From the NCBI RefSeq assembly GCF_009914755.1, contig NC_060934.1: a stretch of 64,000 nucleotides of DNA, one strand, 5' to 3'. Source of the stretch: the human T2T-CHM13v2.0 reference genome, Homo sapiens. Made by a program: the position numbers and the translations under genes. This document shows positions 16,412 to 34,473 of this stretch, one piece after another; the stretch's first letter is position 1; every line of letters starts with the position of its first letter. A model generated the notes under the pieces. That model was given only the letters and a program-made list of their open reading frames with translations, did not search any database and was not told the origin of the DNA.

Positions 16412-16785
16412 ACCACCAACCCATATTCAGGCCTTAAGTCTCCAATTTTCTTATTCACTCATCAGAGAAAGTCTTTTACACAGGTACTCCCATTCCTGCA
16501 TAGCCACACTGATGGATAGACACAGTGTACCTGACCTCACCTCTAAGAACTCAACATGGCTGTCTCTCAACTGGTCTCTCATATAGAAGCCTTGGAGCCC
16601 TGTCAGGGCCTCCTCCTTGTCATTCCCAAGGGTACCTTGTCTTTCAAGCTCTCTATGGATCTTCTCAGCTTCTTCCTTCAGCCTCTCTTATCATATTTTG
16701 CTAATTCTCTTTTTGTAGTTCTTACCTTAGTTACACCCCCATTATCTATTTTTGTCTTTGCCTTTCTTACTACACTGTGGGTTTG
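16412..16785 (-). pseudogene. Fossil exon, 374 nt, ends phase 0
   Basis: TTTGCTCTCAG| and GGT|GTAAGT; ERLKEEAEKIHRELERQG...QEWEYLCKRLSLMSE*ENWRLKA*IWVGG; 5' part stop-rich or frameshifted. Confidence 0.5.
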
Positions 16786-16901
16786 CTGAGAGCAAACACC
16801 ACGTCTTATTCATCTTTTTATCCCTAGAATCTAAAACAGTCAAAGACATAGAGGGGATACTCTATTAACGGTTATGACAAAAATAACTCAATCAGTCTTA
16901 C

Positions 16902-17117
16902 TCCACCAGAATGTAATCTCAAGGGTGGTGAATAAAAGGGTTGCCTGATGGTCTCTGAAGACGAGGTTCCTAAAATGGTCTTCCTCAGGGATGAACCTGG
17001 ACTTATCCTTCTAACTCTTGCCCCTGGGTGGAGCTGACTTTTATGCATTCTTTTGGCAGTCACTCATTGAATTTTGAATTTCAGAAAGAAGAGCCTCATT
17101 GCAGAAATACGCATCAA
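16902..17117 (-). pseudogene. Fossil exon, 216 nt
   Basis: CCTTTTCCTAACTGCAG| and GGA|GTAAGA; 1-2 stops depending on frame. Confidence 0.5.
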
Positions 17118-17413
17118 CTGCAGTTAGGAAAAGGATCTTTCTAACAGCTAGAGTTGTCAGGAGACTCTGAAGAGGGTCGTGTTTGGTGGGAAGGAGGCTG
17201 GGTGTCCCCTGAGTTCCCTTCTATAATAACGAACTCTAAGGCTTGGTAGTAGCCTGGGTTCTCTGATGTGACTCCCTCAGAAGACAAAGCGATCACATGG
17301 CCACGGGATGCAGATTTGTCCCCATCAGGCCCAGGGCATGAAAGGACCCAGCCCGGGCATGGCAAGTGGTGTTGTCATTAGCATTGTGCCATTATTTCAG
17401 TGAGTGACATTAC

Positions 17414-17557
17414 CCCCCTTATTCATATCCATTTTCATGGTCACTTTGTGGCAAACTTGGGAACATTCTGTAGTGAACAAAAATTGCACAGTTATCACAC
17501 ATATGGCCACCTCACATCTGGTGAACGATTTCCCTTTGGTAAACTTGGACGTCCGCC
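17414..17557 (-). pseudogene. Possible fossil exon end, phase 1 donor
   Basis: Open TSKFTKGKSFTRCEVAICVITVQFLFTTECSQVCHKVTMKMDMNKG; GGG|GTAATG. Confidence 0.35.
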
Positions 17558-17559
17558 AT

Positions 17560-18000
17560 TGCGTTCCCCTTCCCCACAGTAGAAGCCAGGACTCTCTTTT
17601 CCAGCTTTATTTGCAGCTGGGGTGCAGGCAGGTGCTACAGGCCGCACAGCAGGGGCACTGCAAGAGACTCAACTAGTAAGAACCAGGAGGAGGCAGAAAA
17701 GGGAGCGAATCTATGCTATGGGAGGCCAGTGCCATCTGGCAGGGGGACACAACTCTCTGGCTGGTCTCAGAAAGGGCCAGTCTGGTGTCCTGTTTGGTGT
17801 CTGCCTGGCCCCACCTCTGTGGCCACAGGGGACTCAGTGTGTCACTTGTTTAGTGCTCCTGGTTGTGCAGTTCCCATGCCTGCCTCTGGTCTCCCAGAAT
17901 TTCTGTGACCTAGTGATACCCTTTGATGAACGTTTTTTTTTCTCCAACAAGCTAGTGGTATCATTTGCAACTAAGAATGTAAATGTGTATGGTTGATACA
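17560..18000 (+). mobile_element. Old ERVL-type LTR (LTR33-like)
   Basis: 3' end TTTGCAACTAAGAA...TGATACA. Confidence 0.45.
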
Positions 18001-18169
18001 GGTACTGAAAACAAAACTGTATAGTTTCTTTTTGCTTTCTTGACCAACTCTCAGGATTTGTCTTTCTGGCCTTGATGCAGTTTTGAACGAATATTTGTCA
18101 ATGTGATTTTGTACTAATGCCTGGCTCCTTTGCCTTTGGGCTTATTCTTCACTCTCTTCCTCTTTGCCT

Positions 18170-18938
<769 letters not shown>

Positions 18939-18946
18939 GTTCTCTA

Positions 18947-19562
<616 letters not shown>

Positions 19563-20059
19563 CCACAAGGAATAAAGCAAGGTAAAGAAAAGAGGGACCA
19601 AAAAGGGGTGATAAATATTCAGCCTGCAGGGAATTTAGAAAATTTCGTCAGCTCTTAGAAAAAAAATTATACGCACTTTTCTATCTAATTCATGAGAGGG
19701 GAAAAAGACTAAGTATGCAAAGTATTTGTTGTGGCATTATTTATTAAATTAAACCTCGATGTCCAACACTAAGAAAATTATGATTTTCATCGTAATACAT
19801 TTTACCCCGTGGAATAGTTTACAACCAATAGCAGGGTTAATTATGAAGGGATGTAGCAACTGAGGAAATAGTTACAGCAATGTTAAATAAATAAAACTAG
19901 CAGAACCAGACAATGTATCGGCTCTGTGATCACAGCCATTTAGAAGCATAAATGTCTATGGATAAACTGGAAATGGGGTAGGAGAAGGAGGAGTTGATAT
20001 GCGAAGGTGATGTGATGGTAGGTGTATTGGTTTTTATGAAAGTGCCTTTGTTTTTGTAA

Positions 20060-20230
<171 letters not shown>

Positions 20231-20271
20231 TAGGATGTTTGTACAACAATAAGTACTCTTCCATTCCCTTC

Positions 20272-20633
20272 TGATATGGTTTGGCTGTGTCCTCACCCAA
20301 ATCTCATCTTGAATTGTAGCTCCCGTAATTCCTACGTGTTGTGGGAGGGACCCGGTGGGAGATAATTGAATCATGAGGGCAGTTTCCCCCATACTGTTCT
20401 CATGGTAGTGAATAAGTCTTACAAGATCTGATGGTTTTATAAGGGCTTTCCCCTTTTGGTTGGCTCTCACTCTCTCTTGCCTGCCACCATGTCAGATGTG
20501 CCTTTTGACTTCCTCCATGATTGTGAGGCATCCCCAGCAACGTGGAAATGTGAGTCCATTAAATCTTTCTTTCTTTATAAATGACTCAGTCTTGGGCATA
20601 TCTTTATCAGCAGCATGAAAGCAGACTAATATG
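20272..20633 (+). mobile_element. THE1 solo LTR
   Basis: TGATATGGTTTGGCTGTGT; TSD CCTTC. Confidence 0.9.
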
Positions 20634-20888
20634 CCTTCCCATCCTTTTCCTTTCCTTTCTTATCTAGGGTCTTGTAATACTAAGTGATAACAAGAAGGAA
20701 AGAGTCGGGGCTGAGAGGCAGCCAATCACCAGGATTTAGGGCACAGGGAAGAGGGCATGGAGGCAGCAAAGAGTATTAAGAAGAAGAAAATTAAAATAGC
20801 AGAAACTAGATAATATGAAATTTTAGTGATTCTTAGGGCCTATGGAGGAAGAAGAACATGTAGGATTTTAAAATTTGGGCTAAATAAC

Positions 20889-20945
20889 TGTATTAGTTCG
20901 TTCTTGCATTGCTATAAAGAAATACCAGAGACTGGGTGATTTATT

Positions 20946-20976
<31 letters not shown>

Positions 20977-21296
20977 GGTTTCATTTGTTCACAGTTCCCC
21001 AGACAGTACAGGAAGCATGGCTGGGGAAGCCTCAGGAAATTTACAATCATGGTGGAAGGTGAAAGGGAAGGATACGCTTCTTACATGTGCAGAGCACGAA
21101 GAAAAGAGAGCAATGGGGGAGGTGCTACACACTTTTAAACAACCAGATCTTGTGAGAACTTACTCACTATCAAGAGAACAGCAGGGGGCAAGTCCGCCCC
21201 TATGATCCAATCACCTCCCACCAGGCTCCTCCACCAACATTAGGGATTACAGTTCAACATGAGATTTGGGTGGGGACACAAATCCAAACCATGTCA
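20889..21296 (-). mobile_element. MST solo LTR
   Basis: MaLR termini; TSD ATAAC. Confidence 0.85.
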
Positions 21297-21528
21297 ATAA
21301 CATATTGTAGCTTTCATTTTCAATATTTTACAGTTTCCATGTTATCGGCATAGCAGATGGCGAAGCTGTTTCTTGCCACAATGACCAGGTGAAAAAACTG
21401 ATGCTAAGAGAAGTTAAGTGACCTGCTCAAATTTATACCACTAGCAATGGCAGAGCTAGGCCTGGAAATAACTTCTTGGGTTTCAAGTCTAACGTATTGG
21501 CTTCCACACCATGTTTGCTTCTAAACAA

Positions 21529-21828
21529 CTAAGGTAGTGGTTGATCAAAATCAATGTCCCCAATGGTCAGAAGTGGCACTGCCCCTTGATCAGTCTTGAG
21601 ACATCCTTCTAAGTGTCCTTGAGTTGCTTTGGCAGAACACAGCAGTGTGTTCCTGCCTCTCTCTCTAGATAAAAGTTGTCTCTGGAGCAGGATTTTCTTA
21701 TGTGCTGCTGGGGAGGCTTCCGGTTGTTTGCAGTAGCTCTCTCTCCACATGTTAATTCCCAGGCTGCAGAAAACCTGCTCATGGAGAACATCAGCTGCTT
21801 TAGGAAGGCTACAGGTAAAAAGGGCTGC
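21529..21828 (-). pseudogene. Fossil exon, about 100 open codons, acceptor hit by an AluY
   Basis: Removing the Alu restores CTCCTATTATCTTGCAG|; [20 protein letters not shown]...; donor not found. Confidence 0.5.
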
Positions 21829-21830
21829 CT

Positions 21831-22157
<327 letters not shown>

Positions 22158-22357
22158 TCACAGGACAGGTGTAGGATTAAATGTTTTTAAAGTATGTGTA
22201 TAGGAATTCATGCAACGCCTACCACATAGAAAGTTAGCTACCTAGCTGGTAGTAAGAGTCCCACTAGTCATAAAAATAGGGATAGCAGCAAGTCATTAAG
22301 GGGCTAGGGTTAGAGAAATAGCCCGATGACATAATTTCCTTCTGAAATTAGGACTAG

Positions 22358-22725
<368 letters not shown>

Positions 22726-22744
22726 CCATGTGACTTCTTTTTAG

Positions 22745-23094
<350 letters not shown>

Positions 23095-23147
23095 TTGTCA
23101 TTTTTTTGATGTCCCATTTCTCACCTTTTTAATAACTTGCCTCCTAC

Positions 23148-23461
23148 CTTGGGTGTTGTAAATAGTTTGACATTAAATCTTTTTTGGGAGGAGATGGGAT
23201 ATAAGTTAGTTGATTATGAAATAAATCAGGTAGTTTCTGTGCATAGCTCAGCTGACAGAAGGGTCATCTCCCTTGTCTCCTTGTTATATTGTGAATCAAT
23301 AAATTTACACCACGAGTGTTTAATCCATATACTGAGTATAAACAATATCTGGTAGGTCCTATTAACTTAGTTACTGTTCAATAAGTGACTCCCGCCAATA
23401 CCATAAAGATTAACTTTCACAAGAGGGTGTGCTTTTCTAAATTTCTCACTTATGTTATTCT
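23148..23461 (-). pseudogene. Possible fossil exon, phase 1-0
   Basis: TCTATTTTCCCAG| and AAG|GTAGGA; 3 stops in about 104 codons. Confidence 0.4.
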
Positions 23462-23585
23462 CTGGGAAAATAGACTCAGGCTTCCTTGGTGAAGAATATG
23501 TGTGTCTGTGTGTGTGTTGTGTGTGGTATGTGGTTAGTTTCTTTTCTGAGTGTACATTACTATATTTCAGGGCACAGTTTAAAAC

Positions 23586-24057
23586 TGTGAAAGGTAAATA
23601 AATCTGGGGGCCCCAAATCAGTAAGCTAAAGGGAAAAGTCAAGCTGGGAACTGTTTAGGGCCAACCTGCCTCCCATTCTATTAAAAGTCATCCCTCTGCT
23701 CACTGAGATGGATGCATATCTGATGGCCTCCTTTGGAAAGACTAATCAGAAACTCAAAATAATGCAACCGTTTGTCTGTCACCTATCTGTGACCTGGAAG
23801 GTGTCTCTCCACTTTGAGTCTTCCTGCCTTTGCTTCAAGTTTGTCCCGCCTTTCCAGACTGAAGCAATGTACTTCTTACATATATTGACTGATGTCTCAT
23901 GTCTCCCTAAAATGTATAAAACTAAGCTGTTCCCTGACCACCTTGGGCATGCGTCATCAGGATTTCCTGAGGATGTGCCACGGGTGCGCATTCTCAACCT
24001 TGGCAAAATAAACTTTCTAAATTAACTGAGACCTGTCTCAAATTTTCGGGGTTCACA
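23586..24057 (+). mobile_element. MER4A-like solo LTR
   Basis: TGTGAAAGG...AAGCTAAAGGGAAAAGTCAAGCTGGG...GTTCACA. Confidence 0.8.
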
Positions 24058-24455
24058 CAACTTAGCATCATCTAGTCATTTGTGTATTCACTTGGTAGGT
24101 ACTTATTTTTCCCCTGCTGTATAGCAGGCCCTGAGCTATGTGGATTCCCCATGATGTTTGCAAGTACTCCATGGTCAAGCCTTCCTCCAAAGTCAAACAG
24201 GGGCTAGTGGTGGGCCATTCATTTTTGTACTTGCTGTCTGCTGTTTGGCCTTGTAAATTGCTTTTTTTCTGAATGATTTTCTGTCTCTTTCATCAGAATA
24301 TGGCCCCCTCTAGAGCAAAATCCTTATCTTGTTCATCTTTGAAGGCCCAGTGCCCCAGTACATTGCCATAGACGTATTAGGTTATCAATAAACTGTTTTA
24401 TTGATATTGATATCACATCATCCCAGTAGTTTGAAATAAAACAAGAAGATATTAC

Positions 24456-24979
24456 ATGGGAAGTAAAATTTGGTGCCTTCAAACAACAACAACAAAAATG
24501 GTCATGTGGACATATTAAAGCGTATCCAAGACCCATGATTAGTGGCTGATGGGGCAGTTCAAGCCACAGATTAGGAAGGCTGCAGGCAAGCATCACAGCA
24601 AATCTAAAGCCTGGAGCCCACAGCCTAGACAATGGCTGAATAAATGCATGGACACCCAGCCCAACACCACCCTTGAATAGACCCTGCCTGGGAAAGAAGG
24701 ATGCATGTGGTAATGACAGTTGTCGGGGGTTGTGCTTTCTGAGAACTGATGAGCTTGTCATGAACAAAACCACGGCTAAGCACTAAGCAGAATAGAATCT
24801 GTTCCCTGTGTTGGCCAAGGAAGCACCATCTTTCAGAGTAGGAGGGATAAAGAATGAGAGTTGCCAAGCCAAGCCTGCTTTTCTCAATACAAAACTGGTG
24901 ACCAGTGGTAAGTGCTCTTCATAAAAGCAGTGGCATTTAGTTTGGAAGTAGATGTGATGCAGGATATAAAAATCAGTAG
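24456..24979 (-). pseudogene. Fossil exon, about 175 codons
   Basis: TTTACATTTTTATTTTTATAG|; two in-frame ORFs separated by one TAG; donor CAT|GTAATA uncertain. Confidence 0.5.
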
Positions 24980-25083
24980 CTATAAAAATAAAAATGTAAA
25001 TATCTCCAGGGAGCAAAAAGCCACTATTTCAGTGTATACAGCATCATAGCAGCAAAATGTGCCCACGGCTCCAATGGTTTGAC

Positions 25084-25200
25084 CTTGCAGAGTGCTTCTT
25101 GGGAAGAAAGCTTTTTGGGATTCATGGGACCACACCCAGGGTTCTTGGGCTCCACCATCTAGGTACCAAGATTTTGACTTGACACAAACTCCTCTCAGAT
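25084..25200 (-). pseudogene. Possible fossil exon, 117 nt, phase 1-1
   Basis: Open DLRGVCVKSKSWYLDGGAQEPWVWSHESQKAFFPRSTLQ; phase fits the next exon; weak donor GTCAAA. Confidence 0.4.
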
Positions 25201-25205
25201 CTTGT

Positions 25206-26030
<825 letters not shown>

Positions 26031-26360
26031 ATCTGAAGCTCTTTCTTCTTCGTTAAACTTTGCTGGGAATTAAGGGATGGAAGAAAAGGGGAGACTGTGG
26101 TTCACCTTCAGTGATATGTAATTGGGAAGACCAAACTTGCACCTCTGAACAAGGAGAGACCAAGACGTGAGAAAGGAGGACTCAGGAAGGATTTGAATGC
26201 TGCGTCGGATGTCCCTAGACTGGAGAACAGGCACGGCCTACTTGGCAAGAAAGCAGCTTCAGCAAAGCCACAGAAATGAGGCTAAGCCAAGAGCAGGGAG
26301 GACGGCCAGCCATTTGGGGCGGAGAGGACACATATGGGAGTAGCTGGAAATAAATCTGAC

Positions 26361-26803
26361 TTATAGATACTTAGTAAGTGGCTGTATAATTCTTTTTAAA
26401 GAACACTGCTCACAGACAGTGGCCTGGTGGAGAGCGTGACTTGAATCAATAATTTCCAACCACGTTGATGTTCCGAGACATTGTAATTGTTGGTTTGATT
26501 TCACAACGTTCCACTTTCCCCCTCCGTATCTCTCCAAAGAGCTCATCAGAATGGCATCTGAGTCCTGAACACATCAAGTTTTCCCTTTGTGGGGCTTTGC
26601 AAAGGCTTCTTGAGAATTTCCAACTCTAAGATAAAATAATACTTGGGCTGAAAATCTAAGCACCATGTTTCCCTGTGGGCACGCACCACCTGAGTTCCCG
26701 TTCAGACACACTCCACAGCCATGTCCATTTGGAGAGATGGCAGAGGGGAAGCCTACCAAAGACTCTTACTATGGGGCCTATTCTGGTCTAGTCTTAATAA
26801 TCC
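26361..26803 (-). pseudogene. Possible fossil exon
   Basis: Two in-frame ORFs (26574-26759 and 26361-26546) separated by one TGA; boundaries and frame uncertain. Confidence 0.35.
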
Positions 26804-26964
26804 CTAACACTGAAAATTGTTAGAGGTGACTTAGAAAATGTCTCTAATGGTGTATTCACAGGCTCTTCTCTGAGCCAGGCACCATGAGGAGTATGAGATA
26901 AATAATAAAATGTTCTGCCTCAAGAAACTTACCGTCTTGCCCTTCAGATTTAAGAATGAGTCCA

Positions 26965-27294
<330 letters not shown>

Positions 27295-28044
27295 TCAGAC
27301 AGACTCAAATGTATCCTAAGATCCAGAAATGGAGAGTGACAAGTAGAATAAAACAGTAAAACATGGGAAAAGGTCAAGAACTCACCCTGTAGTTGGGATG
27401 TGGGAGCCATTTATTGGTATCTTTGACCATGGGCGTGAAAACAGTATATATAACACCAAAATTAAGCAGCAGTGAAATGGGCCAGAATTATGCAGGCATC
27501 TCTCCCTCACCTGGGGCATCAACAAAAATTGTCAGAATTGACTCATTTCAGTTGTGGCTTTGGTTTTTAAGAGTGATGTTATAGAATACAAGAAAGCAAG
27601 AAACAAGGGCATGTCAAGTAGGTAATACGAATGTGCCCCAGAGAAAAGGTAACTGATTCCTATTCTTTCCAGGGGAAGAAAAACCAGAAAATGGGGTTTA
27701 ATAGAGCACTTAAATATAGGAGAGTTGTTTTAAGGAGAAAAGCACTTCTCTATCTTAGCATGGCTTACATGAGAGGAAATGGCGTTAATTTCCAGAAGAG
27801 AGGTTAATTTACTTATAAGGAAAACGTTCTGAGTGGAAGGAAGGATTATTACTGATCAGATAACTGAGGAATTTGTGGACTCTCTTTTCTTAGAGACTTT
27901 TAAGATGCAGAGAAACAGACTTTTGTCTGGAATAGAATTCTGGCAGGGAAACGAAGAGGTGGGGTGGATTGCACCCTTAAAGGTCTAGCAATTCCAACTC
28001 TGGTATCCTATAAGATGAAGAAAGGGATTTCTGCAATCATAGCT

Positions 28045-28260
28045 AGCCCCTATCTAGTGCTTACTGTGAGCCAATTAGTACTCTAGCCATTCTATATATT
28101 AACCCCTTTAATCCTCATGACAACCCCCTGAGGCAAGTTACTATCTACAGAGTGCAGGTGAGGAAATTGAGGCACACAGAGGTTAAGTCATCTGTTCAAA
28201 GTCACATCAATGAGGGCTTAACCAGGTTTGGGGCCCAGAGTGGGTCTCTGAACTTGCCAT
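28045..28260 (-). mobile_element. MIR
   Basis: GAGGAAATTGAGGCACACAGAGGTTAAGT core. Confidence 0.8.
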
Positions 28261-28359
28261 GAGAACTGGTACCTGCATTTTGGCTTTAAACAGGCAATCT
28301 CCTTTCCTATATCTAACTTACTGTGCAAGAGAAGTTGAAGTGCTTTATTTGAACTATAT

Positions 28360-29130
<771 letters not shown>

Positions 29131-29692
29131 ATCACTATATTCTGTTCTTCATAAATTTTAAAACTTGGGATCGAAGGAAGGAATTCTTTTAAGACCAGAA
29201 CATTTTTCAGCATCTTTTTCAGCTTCTAGCCAAGCAGTAAACACGCAACTGTGGCGTGCCCCAGGATGCACGGCTTGGTGGGAGTAGGGCCACTAAGTAA
29301 GGCTGGGGTTCTCAGATTCTCTTCCTGGCCCCGGCTCAGGGTCCACTTCTGGTTGTGAACGGGTTTCAAATCCTTTATTAATTTTCCTCCCCAACTGCCC
29401 TGTTCTGACAAGGATTTAAGGCAGCTCAAGGCTAAAATCCCTTCTTAGTTTCAATACCTCTGCTACTCTGAGTCCCCAGAGGACCTTGGATATATGTACT
29501 CATTGTTAATCAGATGCTGCAGAAAACACAGCCCTCTTCCAGTTTTGGGTACAACCAAACAAGTTAAGCAAAAGAATAATATACCCTCATCTTGGTAATT
29601 GTCAAGAGGTGTCTTTGATCTACCAAAGGGAAGGCTATTTTCAGGTCGGAGTGGGGATGGGAGAACAAGAAATGATTAAAAAGAGCTTTCTC

Positions 29693-30021
<329 letters not shown>

Positions 30022-30025
30022 TTAC

Positions 30026-30349
30026 TAGGCCAGTTTTCCTCAACCAAAGATTGATGGAAAAATTGATGGTAGGTTTCATAGCTTTCTGGACAGTTCTGGA
30101 AAAGAGATCTTGGGAAGTGAATGTCCAGGTTTTAGTCTAGGCTCCTCTTAAGTTGGACCACAATAACTTGGTTCCAGGGTGCTTGTGACCGTCTACAATC
30201 CAGAGGATTTTATTTCTGACATAAAGTGTATTCAGAAGAAAACTATTTACAACTTGGGAAATTTGGGTGTTGGGGGTTTTCATCTCTGCACCCCTTTGTC
30301 TGCCTGAAGTGTTGCTGCTTAGGTTAGCTCCATGTGAGAATTCAACTTT

Positions 30350-30399
<50 letters not shown>

Positions 30400-30690
30400 C
30401 AGAGGCTCGCTCTGTTGCCGGGCTAGAGTGCAATGGCACGATCTTGGCTCACTGCAACCTCTGTCTCCCAGGTTCAAGCGATTCTCTTGCCTCAGCCTCC
30501 TGAATGAATAGTTGGGACTATAGGCGTGCGCCACCACGCCCAGCTAATTCTTGCGTTTTTAGTAGAAACAGGCTTTCAACATGTTGGCCAGGATGATCTC
30601 GATCTCTTGACCTTGTGATCTGCCCAGCTCGGCCTTCCAAGGTGCTGGGATTACAGGCGTGAGCCACCGCGCCTGGCCTCTTTTGGCTCT
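30026..30690 (-). pseudogene. Fossil exon interrupted near its 5' end by an Alu
   Basis: About 110 codons with one TAG (EPKVEFSH...LRGA*TKTW...LRKTGL), donor CTA|GTAAGT; acceptor uncertain. Confidence 0.5.
30356..30678 (-). mobile_element. AluSc-like
   Basis: TSD CTTTTGGCTC. Confidence 0.95.
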
Positions 30691-31316
30691 CATTTCAGAA
30701 AAATGGGTTAGAAAAACCAAGGCCCAGTCTCACTCCTGCCCTCTTCCACTTTGTCTGCTGAACAGGGCAACACTAGCCCTGTTGTTGGAAGGCCTCTGAA
30801 CTCCAAGGCTCTGCCTGAAGGGTGGGCAAACCCTGCCCCCCACCCCCCGACCCGCACACACACCGTGACTGAAAATGAAGCTACCAGTGAGAGACCAGCA
30901 GAGAGCAGCTGGGACCCCTGACTTAGCTGACGCATGAGCCCACTAGTAAAACCGGATCCTCATGCCCTACTGTCAACCATCTCTTAATGAACTGCAAGGA
31001 ACCTCTTCAGGCTCAGAGCCCAGTGTCTCCACTCTCCACTCAGGGATGGTCCAGCACCCCCTGAACTTCCGCACATGTCATAAGGAACGTGGCCGCCAGA
31101 CACACGTGCCCTGGGACAGTCATGGGTGGACGCCTCAGAGGTCTATTCACCTCATGTGACCACCCAATAGGCCCAGGATCGGGATCCTAAGAATTTAACA
31201 AAATGAGTGGACAGAATTGACGGGGGAAGTGACATCCAGAGAAAATCTAGAAGAAGGGCAGGGATGTAAATGGACACAACCTAAAGTCACAATGTCAGAA
31301 GTTCTTAATGTTATCA

Positions 31317-31598
31317 TCTGGGTGTGGTGGCTCACGCCTGTAATTCCAGCACTTTGAGAGGTTGAGGAGGGAGAGTCGCTTTATCCTAGGAGTTTGAGAC
31401 CAGCATGCCTAACATAAGGAGATCCTGTTTCTCCAATTTTTTTTTTAATTAGCTGGGTGTGCTGGTGCTCACCTGTAGTCCCAGTTACTCAGGAGGCTGA
31501 GGTAGGTGGATAGCTTGAGTCTAGGAGCTTGAGTCTAGGAGTCTGAAATCAGCCTGGGCAACAGAGCAAGACCCTGTCTCTATTAAAATAAATAAACA
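31317..31598 (+). mobile_element. AluJ
   Basis: Diverged dimer with a 14-bp internal tandem duplication. Confidence 0.85.
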
Positions 31599-31674
31599 AA
31601 CATCGTTTTTAACCATTTAAGAATGCCCGAATGACATGATCACATCGTGAAAAAACCTCACAACACATACTTAC

Positions 31675-32080
31675 AACATCTTGTACACAGTCACAGGGGG
31701 GTTTTGCTGGCAACCTGAAGCCTGGCTGTGGATGTGGCAAAAGCACCAGCAAATAATCGCTGCCCAATATGGTCAGACATGTCATCCCAGTGGAGGCAGA
31801 CAGAGGGCTGGGGCCAGCCCTGTCTGCTCCAGGTCCAGGCATAAGTCACGCCCTCCACACAGTGATGTTCAATGGTCAGGGCTTGAGATTGAGAGACACT
31901 GCCATTGGTAGACCCCAAAGATGACAGGAACCCTGTCATCTCACTCTCAGGACAGGTTTCCTTGTCAATCATAGCCTCTGTGCATGACAAGAGTGGGTGC
32001 TTTTGTGAGCCACAAGCACCCACCCTCTGATGAGACGGAATGTGTAGGGAAACCTCAAATTCTGGGGCAATTTTACACAA
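31675..32080 (-). pseudogene. Fossil exon, 406 nt, phase 0-1
   Basis: CTCTCATTGTTCAG| sits exactly at the start of a 129-codon open frame; one TGA; donor GTT|GTAAGT. Confidence 0.55.
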
Positions 32081-32094
32081 CTGAACAATGAGAG

Positions 32095-32520
32095 CACCAG
32101 GCGCAGTGGCTCATGCCTGTAATCCCAGCACTTTGGGAGGCTGAGGTGGGCAGATCACTTGAGGTCAGGAGTTCGAGACTACCCTGTCCAACATGGTGAA
32201 ACCCCATCTCTACTAAAAATACGAAAGTTGGCCAGGCATGGTGGTGGGCACCTGTAATTCCAGTTACTCAGGAGGCTGAGGCAGGAGAATCACTTGAGTC
32301 TGGGAAGCAGAAGTTTCAGTGAGTTATGATCATGCTATGGCTGGCACTCCAGCTTGGGCAAAGAGCAAGACCCTGTAGAAAGAAAGAAAGAAGAGAGAAA
32401 GAAAGAAGGAAAGAAGGAAGGAAGGAAAAAACAGAAAGAAGGAAGAAAAAGAAAGAAAGAGAGAAAGGAAGGAAGGAAGGAAAGGAAGGAAAGAAAGAGA
32501 AAGAAAGATCAAAGCAAAAA
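32095..32520 (+). mobile_element. Alu with tail expanded to a GA-rich (GAAA/GGAA) tract
   Basis: Directly visible. Confidence 0.9.
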
Positions 32521-32550
32521 AATTTTTAGTTACATGTCAAAGTAACATAC

Positions 32551-32898
32551 ACTGACGTGGTAGAAACACCTAAGAACCAACATTGCAGTTCCAGTTTGCA
32601 ATCTGCCAGGAGAGCAAATTAAAAGGGAAAATGTGCTGTAATGAGATTCTTTGCAGCATTTTGGTGACTGCATCCCCCTGAGGGTGCCCTGAATCCCACA
32701 CTGCCACGGCTCCAAAGGGATCGTCACAAAACCTCAGGAACCAAGGAAACTGTAGTTCATGCTGTTACGGCCTTTTCCATAGGCACAACCCAACATATTC
32801 CATTTTAAAATAAGTCCTTGATAGTGCTATCAACACAGGCTGCACGTCTCCCATGCTCTCTTTGTTTCTAAGACAGTCACAGGCCGAGGTATTGAGAC
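32551..32898 (-). pseudogene. Fossil exon, 348 nt (multiple of 3)
   Basis: Very strong acceptor CCTTTCCTCTGTCTCCCTCCTCACCTCTCAG| and donor AGT|GTATGT. Frame ambiguous: 3 stops in phase 0, 2 stops in phase 1. Confidence 0.5.
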
Positions 32899-34009
32899 CT
32901 GAGAGGTGAGGAGGGAGACAGAGGAAAGGCACCCCTCCTACCTCGCAGTCTTGGTCTAGAATGTTCTTTCACTAGGTTTAGGGGTTCTTATGATTTTGTG
33001 CCTGTGGTTTTCTAGTTCCAGACTCAGCAGTGCTATCCTCAAACTATAAGTACCTATAAAAGAATTTCAGCCTGGAGCCAAATTAATGTATCTGATAGTG
33101 ATCAAATCATTACTCTCTGTTGTCATCTGGGTGGGATGAGGCCAAACTCCATTCGGTGCCAAACTTGCTTCAGACGGTGTCTCCAGCTGGTGGCATATAC
33201 ACACGCTGGCCACACTTAGGTAGAAGTATAAAATTATAAAATGTATGGCTTGGAATTAGTGGGGCGGTAGGGCTATAATTCATGGGACACATGCATTTCG
33301 TTCTGGAGTCCTCATTCTAAATCTGCTACATGAGATTTAAAAGGCATGGATCCAAACCCACCAAGGGCAGGAGACGAAAGGCAGCTCCCTGCTGAGTTTG
33401 TCTAATTACAGACGTCTGTCCCAGTGTTGACAGTTCATTTGCCAATGCAGCATTGTCACGCTGAGCACCCAACTAGAGAATATTTGACGCTGAATATTCT
33501 AGCAGGTGCTCTGTAAGGCCCTGCACACTGCAAATGACATTGTGAATGAGTTATTCACAAAAGGCTCAGTTGATCCCACACAGACCCAGGGAAGTTTACT
33601 CTAGAGACTGCAAGGTAGCAGGCAAGAATGGCAGGGCCCACTGGTCCCTGGGTGCAGTGAGGACAGGGGATAATGGTGCCACCCAGGCTGCTGCTGGAGA
33701 GAGTTAGGTGGGGAGAGCTCAGTCGAAGTCCCTGGACACCAGAAAAAGGAGTAATAAACACTCGGGCCAGGAAAAGGGTGGGCCTGTCATTGTGGAGCTC
33801 AGGAAGTGCTGGTTTGCTTTGAAGCAAGGAATGCAGCTGGTCTTCCTTCTCCCCGAGATGTGGATCTAAGGTCCAGGAAGCACAGGTATGAGGGGCTGAA
33901 GTACTTAAACAAGGCTAGCTGGACGCCAACCTGGGTTGGACAGATGGCTGTATGCAGGCCCACGGTGAGAAAGTCAGGAAAGACCCCTTCTTTACAAAGC
34001 CAAAAACTT

Positions 34010-34150
34010 CACACATGCATGTGTGCACACACACACACACACACGCATGCACACACACACATCATTTTTTCTTTTCCCACAAACACACACACATATCAGA
34101 TGCACACACCACTGACACATATACATCCCATACCTCAGACACACATATAC
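34010..34150. repeat. Degenerate (CA)n
   Basis: Directly visible. Confidence 0.85.
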
Positions 34151-34165
34151 CATTAAATAAAATAG

Positions 34166-34473
<308 letters not shown>

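Noticed and set aside
16496-16540. 45-nt GT-AG intron (likewise 17468-17515)
   Set aside because: Too short, in frame and open, so treated as exon interior.
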